Assembly: GCA_964457855.1 (NCBI GenBank)
Contig: CAYWEO010000002.1
Location: 9,015 to 73,014 of the forward strand
Source of the DNA: an uncultured Opitutales bacterium
GTDB lineage: Bacteria; Verrucomicrobiota; Verrucomicrobiia; Opitutales; CAYWEO01
Direction: 5' to 3'
Length of the DNA stretch: 64,000 nucleotides
Shown: in pieces, positions 53,864 to 63,491 of the stretch
Layout: every line of letters begins with the position of its first letter
How positions within the stretch are numbered: position 1 is the stretch's first letter
The notes under the pieces: generated by a model
Databases searched by the model: none
Told to the model about the DNA's origin: nothing
Seen by the model: only the letters and a program-made list of their open reading frames with translations
Made by a program: the position numbers and the translations under genes

Positions 53864-55681
53864 ATGTCCATACAACGAAAAGTCAGGGCTGTCAAAGCGA
53901 CAGAAATTCTCAATGACATCATCCGTCAGCTGATTAATTTATCCAAGCAACAGGGCGGTTTCTTGACGATTCAAGACATCAATCGCCATTTGCCAGAGGG
54001 CGTTAAAAAGCCAGAGGAAATCGAAAATATCATCAATATTTTGGAAAACCTCGGCATCTCGATCATCGATAACGACGAGATTGAGCGTTACAACCAGCAG
54101 CTGGAAAAAACGGAAGAACAGGAACTGAAATCTGCACAGTCAGAAATTGTCGACGATCCCGTCCGCATGTACCTCAAACAGATGGGAGAAGTCCCGCTTT
54201 TGACGAGGGAACGCGAGGTCGAGATTTCCAAGCAATTCGAGAAATTCGAACACGCCGCCTACGACAAGCTGTTTTCCTCGAGCTTAACAAAAGAATTTCA
54301 GCGCGAATTGGCCATGAAGCTCATCAATCGCGAAGAACGTTTTGATCGCGTTGTCCTCGACAAAAAAATCGATAGCCGGGAAGAGTACTACAACACGCTC
54401 CCGCAATTGGTTGAGGAGTGCGACGCCATTGCAAAAAAATTAGACGAGGCGTGGGAAGAATGTAAAACAAGTACTACTCCTGAAGACATTGCTAAGGCTA
54501 AGCTACGTTTTAAGAAATACGAAATCCAACTCAAGCCTCTCCTGAAGCGTTTTTGCTTCAAGCTGAAGGTTTTTGAGGAATTTCTGGACGCCCTCTCTCC
54601 GACCGTTCGCCGCGTAGAGGAAATCCTGAATTTTCTCAACTCGATCAACAAAAAAGAGGCGATCAAGTTCAAGACGATCAATCCCGAAGCGCTTCAAAAA
54701 GAACTCAATAAAATCGAAGATTTCTATAGAATTTGCCCAAGAGAACTCCTCGTCATGGTAAAGGCCGTGCGTAAGAGCATGAAGGAAGCCCATCAAGCGA
54801 AAACCGAAATGGTTGAGGCCAATTTGCGGCTTGTCATCAGTATTGCCAAAAAATACACCAATCGCGGACTTTCGTTCTTAGACCTCATTCAGGAGGGCAA
54901 CATGGGACTCATGAAAGCCGTGGAAAAATTTGAGTACCGGCGAGGATACAAATTCTCCACCTACGCAACCTGGTGGATTCGGCAGGCCATTACGCGCTCC
55001 ATCGCCGATCAAGCGAGGACGATTCGGATCCCCGTCCACATGATCGAAACCCTCAACAAGGTCATTCAGGTTCAAAAGCAGCTCATCCAGGAACTCGGAC
55101 ATGACCCAACGCCAGAGGAGGTTGCTGACGAGCTCCAGATGCCCGTTGAACGCATCCAAGCGATCATGAAGATGGCTCAGCAACCGATTTCCCTCCAAAG
55201 TCCCGTTGGCGACGCGGATGACACCCATTTCGGCGATTTCATCGAGGACAAGACCGCAGAAAATCCCTATGACATGACGGCCTACACGATTTTACGGGAA
55301 AAAATCATCGACGTTCTGGACAGTTTGACTGAACGTGAGCGCTCCGTTCTTTCTTTGCGTTTTGGCCTACAAGACGGCTACGGCCGGACGCTGGAAGAAG
55401 TCGGACGCCAATTTAACGTTACGCGCGAACGCATCCGTCAAATCGAGGCTAAAGCCCTCCGGAAAATGCGCCACCCCACCCGCAAACGCCAACTCGACGA
55501 CGAAAAGCGTAACATGAAGCGTCCCGGATTTAACGATCTCAAAACCCTGAATAAAAAACGCAAAATCACGTTCTCCATCAAAACCCTCATCCAGGACCCC
55601 CTCCTCAACAACCTCTCCGTCTCTCAAACCACCCTCACATCGACACCCATGCAAGGCGATGGCTGGATTGCAGGGAGGTAG
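53864..55681 (+). CDS. rpoD: primary sigma factor RpoD with a 59-aa C-terminal extension
   Basis: Region 1.2 [11 protein letters not shown], region 2 [36 protein letters not shown], region 4.2 [30 protein letters not shown]. Confidence 0.95.
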   Translation: MSIQRKVRAVKATEILNDIIRQLINLSKQQGGFLTIQDINRHLPEGVKKPEEIENIINILENLGISIIDNDEIERYNQQLEKTEEQELKSAQSEIVDDPVRMYLKQMGEVPLLTREREVEISKQFEKFEHAAYDKLFSSSLTKEFQRELAMKLINREERFDRVVLDKKIDSREEYYNTLPQLVEECDAIAKKLDEAWEECKTSTTPEDIAKAKLRFKKYEIQLKPLLKRFCFKLKVFEEFLDALSPTVRRVEEILNFLNSINKKEAIKFKTINPEALQKELNKIEDFYRICPRELLVMVKAVRKSMKEAHQAKTEMVEANLRLVISIAKKYTNRGLSFLDLIQEGNMGLMKAVEKFEYRRGYKFSTYATWWIRQAITRSIADQARTIRIPVHMIETLNKVIQVQKQLIQELGHDPTPEEVADELQMPVERIQAIMKMAQQPISLQSPVGDADDTHFGDFIEDKTAENPYDMTAYTILREKIIDVLDSLTERERSVLSLRFGLQDGYGRTLEEVGRQFNVTRERIRQIEAKALRKMRHPTRKRQLDDEKRNMKRPGFNDLKTLNKKRKITFSIKTLIQDPLLNNLSVSQTTLTSTPMQGDGWIAGR

Positions 55682-55727
55682 AGGAGAGGCAGGTGGGTGG
55701 AAGTAGATAGGTGGGTAAATAGATATA

Positions 55728-55835
55728 TTCGGAAAACTTTCTTTTCGAAGAAAAGAAACGTTTTCCGGACCTTTCAAAGAAAAGCGTATCGGAAGGCAAT
55801 TTTATGGCATTACATGCCGCAAAAATGCCTCCCGA
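55728..55835 (+). repeat. repeat locus R18: H1 (55728-55769), H2 variant (55789-55835)
   Basis: TTCGGAAAACTTTCTTTTC/GAAAAGAAACGTTTTCCGGA, and TCGGAAGGCAATTTTATGGCAT/ATGCCGCAAAAATGCCTCCCGA. Confidence 0.9.
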
Positions 55836-55910
55836 AGTTGTTAAATTGGCCAGCGTAACTATTTTTTCTCACCTGCTGCAAATCCTGTTAAGCGTAGTGC
55901 AACACCTCAT

Positions 55911-56471
55911 TTAGGGGAGTAGTGGCTGAAGTTTATCCCGAATTGCACTTCTCGCATTGTAGTTGCCGACACCGATGATAGAATTGTAGGGTCCTACATA
56001 CACATTTAGCTCATCCCTGTTAAGTCTCGGGAACTCAACATTCTCTGGGTTTGATCCCGGCGTATTTTTTAGATCAACTGCGGCTACATACCAATTAACT
56101 CGCGCGTCTAGCAAATTTTTCTCGCCGGCGTCTATTTGACATTCAAGCTGTCTAATGCGATCCGCCGCCGCCGCAGGAGCCCCTGGCTTAAAAATGATAT
56201 TAGCTATTCCTTCCCCGCTTCTTAAATACGCTTCGTCAGCCGCTTTTGCGTTCTTGAAGGTATTGATATCCGCCTGTATTGTCCAAAAAGCTGTTCTCGC
56301 TGTTTCGTATGCCTTCGTGCATGCTGCTAAAGCTTGTGTATCTACGCCAGAAACTGCGCAAAGGAACCCAGGTGCGGCAGTCGTAGCGTAGGCTGGCATA
56401 TTGATTAGCTCATTGTCGGATTGGATTATTGGCTGGTTGACTGGTTGGGATTGTACACTACCGGTTGACAT
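55911..56471 (-). CDS. hypothetical protein (orphan, Ala-rich, no signal peptide seen)
   Basis: 186-aa ORF preceded by a near-consensus sigma70-type promoter. I recognise no motif. Confidence 0.55.
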   Translation of the reverse strand: MSTGSVQSQPVNQPIIQSDNELINMPAYATTAAPGFLCAVSGVDTQALAACTKAYETARTAFWTIQADINTFKNAKAADEAYLRSGEGIANIIFKPGAPAAAADRIRQLECQIDAGEKNLLDARVNWYVAAVDLKNTPGSNPENVEFPRLNRDELNVYVGPYNSIIGVGNYNARSAIRDKLQPLLP

Positions 56472-56505
56472 AAAATAAATGAAATTAGGTTAAAGATTTA
56501 CTAAA

Positions 56506-56534
56506 ATTCTAACCCTCGTTTTACATCTTGTCAA
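56506..56534 (-). promoter_or_regulatory. sigma70-like promoter TTGACA-N17-TAGAAT for the orphan 186-aa gene
   Basis: On the minus strand, TTGACA is at 56534-56529 and TAGAAT at 56511-56506 with a 17-nt spacer. The -10 element lies about 35 nt upstream of the ATG at 56471. Confidence 0.55.
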
Positions 56535-56554
56535 GAAAAACTAAAATCAGCGGA

Positions 56555-56842
56555 ACTTCCAGAGTTTCCGACCCTTCCAAAGAAAAGCCCTCCGAATGTT
56601 GCAAATTTGCATCTTAAGCGATGGCCCACTCCCCACAAGGTGGCTTAGCAAGTTTGAGATGATAGAAACGGCTACAAAAAAAATTCAATCCTAAGCCATC
56701 GAACCACACTCGACAGAATACCGCCGATTTTAAGATGACGAGCAGGCGCGCGAGGGGGAAATGCCCGAGCGTACTAACGTACGTGATGGCATCGAGATCC
56801 GATGCGCAACGAACTAGCCGCTTTAAAATCGGCGGTATTCTG
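56555..56842 (+). repeat. repeat locus R19: H1/H2 fragments, half FB-beta, FB-alpha (56714-56842) abutting the tRNA-Val(GAC) 3' end
   Basis: Arms CAGAATACCGCCGATTTTAAG / CTTTAAAATCGGCGGTATTCTG. The right arm overlaps the encoded CCA by 2 nt. Confidence 0.85.
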
Positions 56843-56917
56843 GTGGGAGATACTGGATTCGAACCAGTGACCCCTAGCGTGTCATGCTAATGCTCTAACC
56901 AACTGAGCTAATCCCCC
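56841..56917 (-). tRNA. tRNA-Val (anticodon GAC)
   Basis: Hand-folded. Acceptor GGGGGAU/AUCUCCC, D arm GCUC-AGUUGGUUA-GAGC, anticodon arm UUAGC-AUGACAC-GCUAG, T arm ACUGG-UUCGAAU-CCAGU, CCA encoded. Confidence 0.85.
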
Positions 56918-57068
56918 AAAAGAGCTTTTAAAAGAACCCAAAAAACGTAAAACATCAAGTCAAAAATCACGCAAATTCCATTTTATTGCGCAAAACGACA
57001 ATTTTGACTCATTTTTTATGCTTTTAATCTTGAGATTGTTAAGAAATTCCTGTGGTTTGAAAATACGT

Positions 57069-57142
57069 GGGGGATTAGCTCAGTTGGTTAGAGCGCTAGT
57101 ATCACACACTAGATGTCGTTGGTTCGAATCCAATATCTCCCA
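57069..57142 (+). tRNA. tRNA-Val (anticodon CAC)
   Basis: Hand-folded. Acceptor and D arm are the same as in the GAC isoacceptor. Anticodon arm CUAGU-AUCACAC-ACUAG, T arm GUUGG-UUCGAAU-CCAAU. CCA is not encoded. Confidence 0.85.
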
Positions 57143-57146
57143 TTCT

Positions 57147-57478
57147 CGTGGCCAGGAAGGTGTCAATTTTGAACGCTAGAGTTCCGTTACAAAAAAATTT
57201 CAACCCATCACGTACGTTAAGTACGCTCAGGGATTGAAATTTTTTTGTAGCCGTCTCTATCATCTCGAACTTGCTACGCCACATCGCGAGGAGTGGGATT
57301 TTCTTCAGAGGATTCCAAAAATTGACGCCTTCCTGGCCACGATGGGTCGAAGCAAATTTGTAAAATTCCAAAATTCGAAAGGCATTTTTGGCCTGTAGGG
57401 CCAAAAATGCCTTTCGATACCGCTTTTCTTTTGAAGGTTCGGAAACTTCTTCTGTTCTGGAACAGAAAAGTTTCCGAA
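57147..57478 (-). repeat. repeat locus R20: long hairpin (57147-57341) enclosing FB-beta in reverse orientation, then H2 (57375-57417) and H1 (57438-57478)
   Basis: 24-nt arms CGTGGCCAGGAAGGTGTCAATTTT (57147-57170) / AAAATTGACGCCTTCCTGGCCACG (57318-57341) with one mismatch. The hairpin starts 5 nt after tRNA-Val(CAC). Confidence 0.9.
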
Positions 57479-57498
57479 ATTTATTCTTATTCTACACC

Positions 57499-58602
57499 AT
57501 GCCATCGAAAATCCTCATAGCCCTTTCTGGGGGGGTAGATAGCTCTGTAGCGGCGCTTTTGTTGAAGCGGCGGGGGTTTGACGTGAGTGGGGCGTACATG
57601 AGGACGTGGAAGAGTTTGCAAAAGTCGGAGGTTTTTGGAGAATGTGGGTGGCAAGAGGACGTTGCAGATGCGCGGGCGGTTGCCGAGAAACTGGGGATTG
57701 AGTTCGAAGTGGTCAACATGATCGACGATTACCGCAAGCATATCGTTGATTATCTGATCGATGGGTACCGAAGGGGCATCACGCCGAATCCTGACAGCAA
57801 GTGCAACCGCGACATCAAGTTCGGCGTTTTGCGGGAATTTGCAAAAGCGAACGGCTTTTCTCATGTGGCAACCGGACACTATTGTCGTAAGGTTCTGGGC
57901 GAGAATGGGTTATATCAGCTTCTCGAGGGGGTCGACAAGAATAAAGATCAATCGTACTTTTTGGCCCTTCTTCAGCAGCAACAGCTTGCAGACGCGCTGT
58001 TCCCGATAGGCGATTTGAAAAAGTCAGAAGTGCGCGCAATTGCGGAGGAATTTCAGCTCAAAACCGCCCATAAAAAGGACAGCCAGGGCATCTGCTTTTT
58101 GGGGGAAATGCCCATTCAAGCCTTTCTGAGGGAACACATTCCAGATAATCCTGGGCCTATCGTCGATCCCTTAGGGAAAGTTCTCGGAGAACACAAAGGT
58201 CTTCATTTCTTCACCATCGGGCAACGCAGGGGCATCGGGGTCGCTTCCAACGTCGATTTCGAGAATTATGTCGTTGTTGGAAAAGATCTTACGCACAATG
58301 CCCTCATCATCGCATTCGAGGCTCCCAACACTCCTGGCCTCTACTGCAAAAGCGTTGAAATTGAGAATCTTAGCTTCATTGGTCAACCCCTAACCACCCC
58401 CTGCCAGCTTCTCGGGAAAACACGCTATCGCAATCCCTCCCAACCCCTCACCTTCACCCCCCTTAGCCAAACCCGCGCTCACATTGCCTTCGACTCTCCC
58501 CAACGCGCCCTCACCCTCGGCCAAATCCTCGCCCTCTACGACGGGCCCACCACCCTCGGCGGCGGTACTTATTGTAGGATAGGGGAGGGGGGAATAAAAT
58601 AA
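57499..58602 (+). CDS. mnmA: tRNA 2-thiouridine(34) synthase
   Basis: PP-loop ALSGGVDSSVAA and downstream KDQSYFL. Start trimmed to ATG 57499 because 57375-57478 is H2/H1 repeat. Confidence 0.9.
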   Translation: MPSKILIALSGGVDSSVAALLLKRRGFDVSGAYMRTWKSLQKSEVFGECGWQEDVADARAVAEKLGIEFEVVNMIDDYRKHIVDYLIDGYRRGITPNPDSKCNRDIKFGVLREFAKANGFSHVATGHYCRKVLGENGLYQLLEGVDKNKDQSYFLALLQQQQLADALFPIGDLKKSEVRAIAEEFQLKTAHKKDSQGICFLGEMPIQAFLREHIPDNPGPIVDPLGKVLGEHKGLHFFTIGQRRGIGVASNVDFENYVVVGKDLTHNALIIAFEAPNTPGLYCKSVEIENLSFIGQPLTTPCQLLGKTRYRNPSQPLTFTPLSQTRAHIAFDSPQRALTLGQILALYDGPTTLGGGTYCRIGEGGIK

Positions 58603-58605
58603 TAA

Positions 58606-58776
58606 TTCGGAAACTTTTCTTTTCCAGAGAAAAGAAATAGTTTCCGAACCTTCAAAAGAAAAGCGTATCGAAAGGCATTTTTCTGGCATGTAATGCCAGA
58701 AAAATGCCTTTCGAATTAAGAGTTTTTAAGGGGGAGGCCCGGAGGGGGTGCTTTTTGCAAAAAACACCCCCTCCGG
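58606..58776 (+). repeat. repeat locus R21: complete H1 (58606-58648), H2 (58668-58714), H3 (58739-58776) array
   Basis: The array starts 4 nt after the mnmA stop. The H3 variant is CCGGAGGGGGTGCTTTTTGCAAAAAACACCCCCTCCGG. Confidence 0.95.
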
Positions 58777-58808
58777 AAAATCTTTTACCCATACTGCGCC
58801 TTTTCGCT

Positions 58809-58839
58809 CAACTCCTGTGACATTTTGTCACAGGAGTTG
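58809..58839. promoter_or_regulatory. perfect 14-bp inverted repeat CAACTCCTGTGACA-TTT-TGTCACAGGAGTTG, candidate activator or operator site upstream of dnaK
   Basis: Arms at 58809-58822 and 58826-58839, centred about 63 bp upstream of the -24 element. It is not part of the H/FB repeat families. Confidence 0.45.
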
Positions 58840-58885
58840 GGCGAAAATGAGTTGACGGTGGGGGATTTTGTTGTCTTATTGGATG

Positions 58886-58901
58886 TGGCACGGAAATTGC
58901 T
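58886..58901 (+). promoter_or_regulatory. sigma54-type -24/-12 promoter candidate for dnaK(-groES-groEL)
   Basis: TGGCACGGAAATTGCT, i.e. TGGCACG-N4-TTGCT. The -12 GC is only 15 nt upstream of the dnaK ATG (58915), implying a very short leader. Confidence 0.5.
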
Positions 58902-58914
58902 TTGGAGTATAATC

Positions 58915-60870
58915 ATGACAAATCGAGATTCTAAAAAAGTTTTAGGAATTGACTTAGGGACGACTAATTCCTGCATGGCGATCATGGAAGGCGGCCAGCC
59001 GGTCGTCATCCCAAATGCTGAGGGTGCCCGGACAACGCCTTCGGTGGTGGCCTTTACGAAAACGGGGGAGCGCATCGTGGGACAAGCGGCTAAAAGGCAG
59101 GCCGTAACCAATCCTGCCAACACCATTTTTTCTGCTAAGCGCTTGATTGGACGCAAGTTCAAGGAAGTGCAGAGCATTACGAAACGCCTACCGTACAAGG
59201 TTGTTGAAGGGAAAAATGGCGATGCGTTTATCGAGTGCCAGGTGGGCGGTAAGACCGAACGCTTTGCGCCAGAACAGATTTCTGCCATGGTGCTGGCGAA
59301 ATTGAAGGCCGATGCGGAAGCTTATTTGGGCGAAAATATCAAGCAAGCGGTGATTACAGTTCCCGCGTATTTCAATGATTCCCAACGACAAGCGACGAAA
59401 GATGCCGGTATGATCGCTGGCCTTGAGGTGTTGCGCATCATCAACGAACCCACAGCGGCGTCTCTTGCATACGGTCTGGACAAGAAAAAAGACGAAACAA
59501 TCGCTGTTTATGACTTGGGTGGAGGGACTTACGACATTTCCATTTTGGAAATCGGCGACGGCGTTTTCGAGGTAAAAGCGACGAATGGCGATACGTTGCT
59601 GGGCGGAGATGACTGGGATGAGGCCATTATTGCGTGGTTGGCAGACGGATTTCAAAAAGAGTATGGGATCGATTTGCGTAAAGATCCCATGGCGCACCAA
59701 CGACTTAAGGAAGAGGCGGAAAAGGCAAAAATCACCCTCTCTTCGGCTCAAGAAACCGATATCAACCTGCCTTTCATTACGGCAGACGCGAGCGGTCCTA
59801 AGCACTTGAATGTCAAGCTTTCGCGCTCCAAGCTAGAACAAATTTGCGACGCTTTACTGCAACGGACAATTGCTCCGTTTGAAGCTTGCTTAAAAGACGC
59901 GAAACTAACGACGGCGAACATCAAAGAGCTTGTGCTGGTGGGCGGTATGACGCGCATGCCGAAAGTCATCGAGCTTGCGGACCGTTTGACGGGTAAAAAT
60001 GCCAATCAAGGTGTTAATCCAGACGAAGTTGTGGCCGTTGGAGCTGCGATTCAAGGAGGCGTGCTAAAGGGAGAAGTCGGCGACATTCTTTTGCTCGACG
60101 TGACTCCACTGACGCTCGGTATCGAGACAGCCGGCGCAGTTGCCACTCCCATGATCGATCGCAACACGACGATTCCCACGAAAAAGGCCCAAATCTTTAC
60201 GACGTACGCCGACAATCAGACGGGCGTTGACATCAAGGTCCTTCAAGGAGAACGTCCGATGGCGCGTGATAACAAGCTATTGGGCAACTTCCGACTGGAA
60301 GGCCTTCCGATGGCGCAACGCGGACAACCGCAGATTGAAGTCACATTCGACATCGACGCGAATGGCATTTTGCACGTGACAGCCAAGGACTTAGGTACTG
60401 GGAAGGATCAAAAAATCACCATTACAAGCGCGTCCGGTCTGTCCAAGGACGAAATCGATAAGCTCAAACGCGAGGCCGAGAAAAATGCCGAGCAAGATAA
60501 GGTTATTAAAGAAACCATCGAGGCTAGAAACCACTTGGATTCTCTCGTTTATCACGCAGAAAAGCAGATGAGCGAGTTTGCGAGCAAGTTACCAGCAGAC
60601 AAAAAGCAGGAAATCGAAACTTCTCTTGCCGATGCAAAGAAAGTTTTGGCCAACGAAAACGCTTCTTTGAACGAGATCAAGGACGCTGAAAACGCCCTCA
60701 GTGCGAAGATTCAGGAGATCGGAAAGGCCGTCTATGCCAATGTCAATCCTCAGCAGCAGCCCGGGACCGAAGCACAGTCCTCCCAACAAGGGCAAGGATC
60801 GGCAAAAACGGAACCCAACCCAGCTGAAAAAGTCGTTGATGCTGAAGTCATTGACGAGAGTAAGAAGTAA
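58915..60870 (+). CDS. dnaK: molecular chaperone DnaK
   Basis: [28 protein letters not shown]. Start trimmed to ATG 58915 ([15 protein letters not shown]). Confidence 0.95.
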   Translation: MTNRDSKKVLGIDLGTTNSCMAIMEGGQPVVIPNAEGARTTPSVVAFTKTGERIVGQAAKRQAVTNPANTIFSAKRLIGRKFKEVQSITKRLPYKVVEGKNGDAFIECQVGGKTERFAPEQISAMVLAKLKADAEAYLGENIKQAVITVPAYFNDSQRQATKDAGMIAGLEVLRIINEPTAASLAYGLDKKKDETIAVYDLGGGTYDISILEIGDGVFEVKATNGDTLLGGDDWDEAIIAWLADGFQKEYGIDLRKDPMAHQRLKEEAEKAKITLSSAQETDINLPFITADASGPKHLNVKLSRSKLEQICDALLQRTIAPFEACLKDAKLTTANIKELVLVGGMTRMPKVIELADRLTGKNANQGVNPDEVVAVGAAIQGGVLKGEVGDILLLDVTPLTLGIETAGAVATPMIDRNTTIPTKKAQIFTTYADNQTGVDIKVLQGERPMARDNKLLGNFRLEGLPMAQRGQPQIEVTFDIDANGILHVTAKDLGTGKDQKITITSASGLSKDEIDKLKREAEKNAEQDKVIKETIEARNHLDSLVYHAEKQMSEFASKLPADKKQEIETSLADAKKVLANENASLNEIKDAENALSAKIQEIGKAVYANVNPQQQPGTEAQSSQQGQGSAKTEPNPAEKVVDAEVIDESKK

Positions 60871-60924
60871 TTAATTTTCAACAAATATCAAAATTTTGTT
60901 ATCTAATTCAAACATTAACCAACT

Positions 60925-61233
60925 ATGAGTGTAGAAAAAATGAAAATCAAACCAATTGGAGATCGTATTCTCGTTAAGAGATTGGACGACAAGGAAGAAC
61001 AAGTCAAGGGAGGCATTATCATCCCAGATTCGGCCAAAGAGAAGCCACAAGAAGGAGAAGTGATTGCTCTTGGGACGGGACACAGGAATCAGGATGGGAA
61101 AATCACTCCCTTCGAGGTTAAGGTCGGCGATCGCGTCCTCATCAGTAAGTATGGTGGGAGCGAAGTCAAAATTGGAGACGAGAAGTATCATCTTCTTAGA
61201 GAAGAAGATATCTTGGGCGTTTTCAGTAAATAA
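60925..61233 (+). CDS. groES: co-chaperonin GroES
   Basis: [12 protein letters not shown] ... [21 protein letters not shown]. An alternative start at ATG 60940 gives MKIKPIGDR. Confidence 0.9.
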   Translation: MSVEKMKIKPIGDRILVKRLDDKEEQVKGGIIIPDSAKEKPQEGEVIALGTGHRNQDGKITPFEVKVGDRVLISKYGGSEVKIGDEKYHLLREEDILGVFSK

Positions 61234-61255
61234 CTAATCAAAAAGGACAAACAAT

Positions 61256-62896
61256 ATGGCAAAACAATTATTATTTGATGAAGCAGCACGGAAGAAGATT
61301 CTAAAAGGCGTCGATATTCTCGGCAATGCCGTGAAGGTGACGCTTGGACCTAGAGGACGAAACGTCGCTATTGAGAAAAAGTTTGGCGCCCCGATGGTGA
61401 CCAAAGACGGCGTTACAGTTGCTAAGGAAATTGATCTACAGGATCCCTTTGAAAACATTGGTGCTCAGATGGTGAAGGAAGTCGCTTCCAAGACCTCCGA
61501 TAAGGCGGGCGATGGGACCACGACGGCAACCGTTTTGGCAGCAGCGATTTACCGCGAAGGCCTCAAAAATGTGGCCGCTGGGGTTAATCCCATTTACTTA
61601 AAGCGCGGCATCGACAAGGCAGTTGAGGCGATCGTCAAGGAACTCGCCAATAACAGTCAGAAAATTAACGGACGCGACGATATTTGCAAAGTGGCGACCG
61701 TTTCCGCAAACTGGGACGCCAGTATCGGTAAGATCATCGCCGATGCCATGGACAAAGTGGGCAAAGACGGCACTATCACCGTTGAAGAGGCCAAAGGCAT
61801 CGAAACATCGCTCGACGTCGTCGAAGGCATGCAATTTGACAAGGGTTATTCAAGCCCCTATTTCGTCAGCAATGCCGAGAGAATGGAATGTGTTCTTGAC
61901 GACCCTTACATCCTGATTCACGAAAAGAAAATCAGCAGTTTGAATGACTTACTGCCTTTGCTCCAAACCATCGCGAAATCCGGCAAACCTCTCTTGATCA
62001 TTTCAGAAGAAGTTGAAGGAGAAGCCCTTGCGGCCTTGGTGGTCAATAAGTTGCGCGGGACGCTCAATGTTTGCGCAGTCAAAGCTCCCGGATTCGGCGA
62101 TCGTCGGAAAGCGATCATCGAAGACATCGCAGTCTTAACCGGTGGCCGTTGTATTACGGAAGACTTGGGCGTTAAGCTCGAAAACATTCACATCGAAGAC
62201 CTCGGAAAAGCCAAGAGGGTCACTGTTGACAAAGACAACACGACCATCGTCGAAGGCTACGGAAAAGACAAAGATATCCAAGCACGCGTGAAACAAATTC
62301 GTCACCAAATCGAGGAAACCACCTCGGATTATGATCGCGAGAAATTGCAAGAACGCTTGGCAAAATTGGCAGGCGGGGTTGCCGTCATCAAAGTTGGCGC
62401 TGCGACAGAGCCAGAAATGAAAGAAAAGAAGGCTCGCGTTGAAGACGCTTTACATGCGACACGCGCTGCCGTCGAAGAAGGTATCCTTCCAGGCGGAGGC
62501 GTTGCCTTATTGAGAGCAGCAAAGGTGATTGATGCCCTGCAATTCTCCGACCCAGACGAAGCCAGCGGTGCACAAATCGTTCGCAAAACGATGTCTGCCC
62601 CTCTTCGCGAACTCTGCAACAATGCCGGAATCGAGGGCTCCGTGATCGTCGAGAAAGTTCAGGCTGGGACACCCTACGGCTACGGCTATAACGTTGCCAC
62701 AGGCCAGTTCGAAGACCTCCTCAAAACGGGTGTCGTCGATCCCACAAAGGTCACACGCTCGGCTCTGCAAAATGCAGCCTCCGTCGCAGGTCTCCTCCTA
62801 ACGACAGAGTGCGTCATTGCCGACATCCGCGAGGAAAAATCCTCCAAAGGTTCCCCAGATATGGGCGACATGGGTGGAATGGGCGGCATGATGTAA
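61256..62896 (+). CDS. groEL: chaperonin GroEL
   Basis: [12 protein letters not shown] and the C-terminal GGMGGMM tail, 546 aa. Confidence 0.97.
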   Translation: MAKQLLFDEAARKKILKGVDILGNAVKVTLGPRGRNVAIEKKFGAPMVTKDGVTVAKEIDLQDPFENIGAQMVKEVASKTSDKAGDGTTTATVLAAAIYREGLKNVAAGVNPIYLKRGIDKAVEAIVKELANNSQKINGRDDICKVATVSANWDASIGKIIADAMDKVGKDGTITVEEAKGIETSLDVVEGMQFDKGYSSPYFVSNAERMECVLDDPYILIHEKKISSLNDLLPLLQTIAKSGKPLLIISEEVEGEALAALVVNKLRGTLNVCAVKAPGFGDRRKAIIEDIAVLTGGRCITEDLGVKLENIHIEDLGKAKRVTVDKDNTTIVEGYGKDKDIQARVKQIRHQIEETTSDYDREKLQERLAKLAGGVAVIKVGAATEPEMKEKKARVEDALHATRAAVEEGILPGGGVALLRAAKVIDALQFSDPDEASGAQIVRKTMSAPLRELCNNAGIEGSVIVEKVQAGTPYGYGYNVATGQFEDLLKTGVVDPTKVTRSALQNAASVAGLLLTTECVIADIREEKSSKGSPDMGDMGGMGGMM

Positions 62897-62911
62897 AACA
62901 CGCCGTAGCCA

Positions 62912-63079
62912 CGGGAAAACCATTTTTTGCAAAAATAGGTTTTCCCGCACCCTTTCCAAAAAAACTCTTCATTCGGAAGGCATTTTTGAGGCACGTAGTG
63001 CCACAAAAATGCCTTCCGATACGCTTTTCTTTGAAGGGTCCGGGAAACTTTCTTTTCTTCGAAAAGAAAGTTTCCCGGA
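62912..63079 (-). repeat. repeat locus R22: complete reverse-order array H3 (62912-62947), H2 (62973-63019), H1 (63039-63079)
   Basis: It fills the convergent groEL/acpS gap almost exactly, from stop 62896 to stop 63081. Confidence 0.95.
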
Positions 63080-63080
63080 T

Positions 63081-63491
63081 CTACTCCATAATCACGCAAA
63101 CGGCTTGGGCCAAAAGCCGCGTATGCGTTAGGCTAACCAAAACACGGGAGCCGCCGAGTTTTTTAAGGAGGGCGGTTGTGCGGTCGTCGAGGAGGACGGT
63201 GGGGGCACCGGATGGGTCGTTGAGGATGGAAGCGGACTTCCAGGAAAAATTTTCGCCAATACCGGTTTTAAACGCCTTTGCAATGGCTTCCTTTGCGGCA
63301 AAGCGGGCAGCTAAATGGATCCATGGGCGGGATGATTGCTTGAGGCAATGGCGTTGTTCGTCTTCGGTAAAAACAAGACGGAGAAAGTGGGCTTGCGAAT
63401 TTCGGTACAGTTTTTCAATGCGAGGAATGTCAACTAAATCGATACCAATGCCGATGATGGCGGGGTTATTTGGGAAGATTTCTAGGCTCAT
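63081..63491 (-). CDS. acpS: holo-[acyl-carrier-protein] synthase
   Basis: [15 protein letters not shown] and [10 protein letters not shown] motifs. It has a 4-nt overlap with prfB. Confidence 0.85.
   Translation of the reverse strand: MSLEIFPNNPAIIGIGIDLVDIPRIEKLYRNSQAHFLRLVFTEDEQRHCLKQSSRPWIHLAARFAAKEAIAKAFKTGIGENFSWKSASILNDPSGAPTVLLDDRTTALLKKLGGSRVLVSLTHTRLLAQAVCVIME

Noticed and set aside
58908-58913. A perfect TATAAT hexamer just upstream of dnaK as the -10 box.
   Set aside because: It ends 1 nt before the ATG, so transcription from it would start inside the coding sequence. There is no -35 element at the right distance.
60871-60924. A CIRCE/HrcA operator or separate promoter in the dnaK-groES spacer, and upstream of grpE, hsp20 and dnaK.
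   Set aside because: I found no TTAGCACTC-N9-GAGTGCTAA-like inverted repeat by eye in any of these regions. The 54-nt spacer is AT-rich with only a 6-bp AACAAA/TTTGTT repeat. A computational scan would be needed to make this absence definitive.
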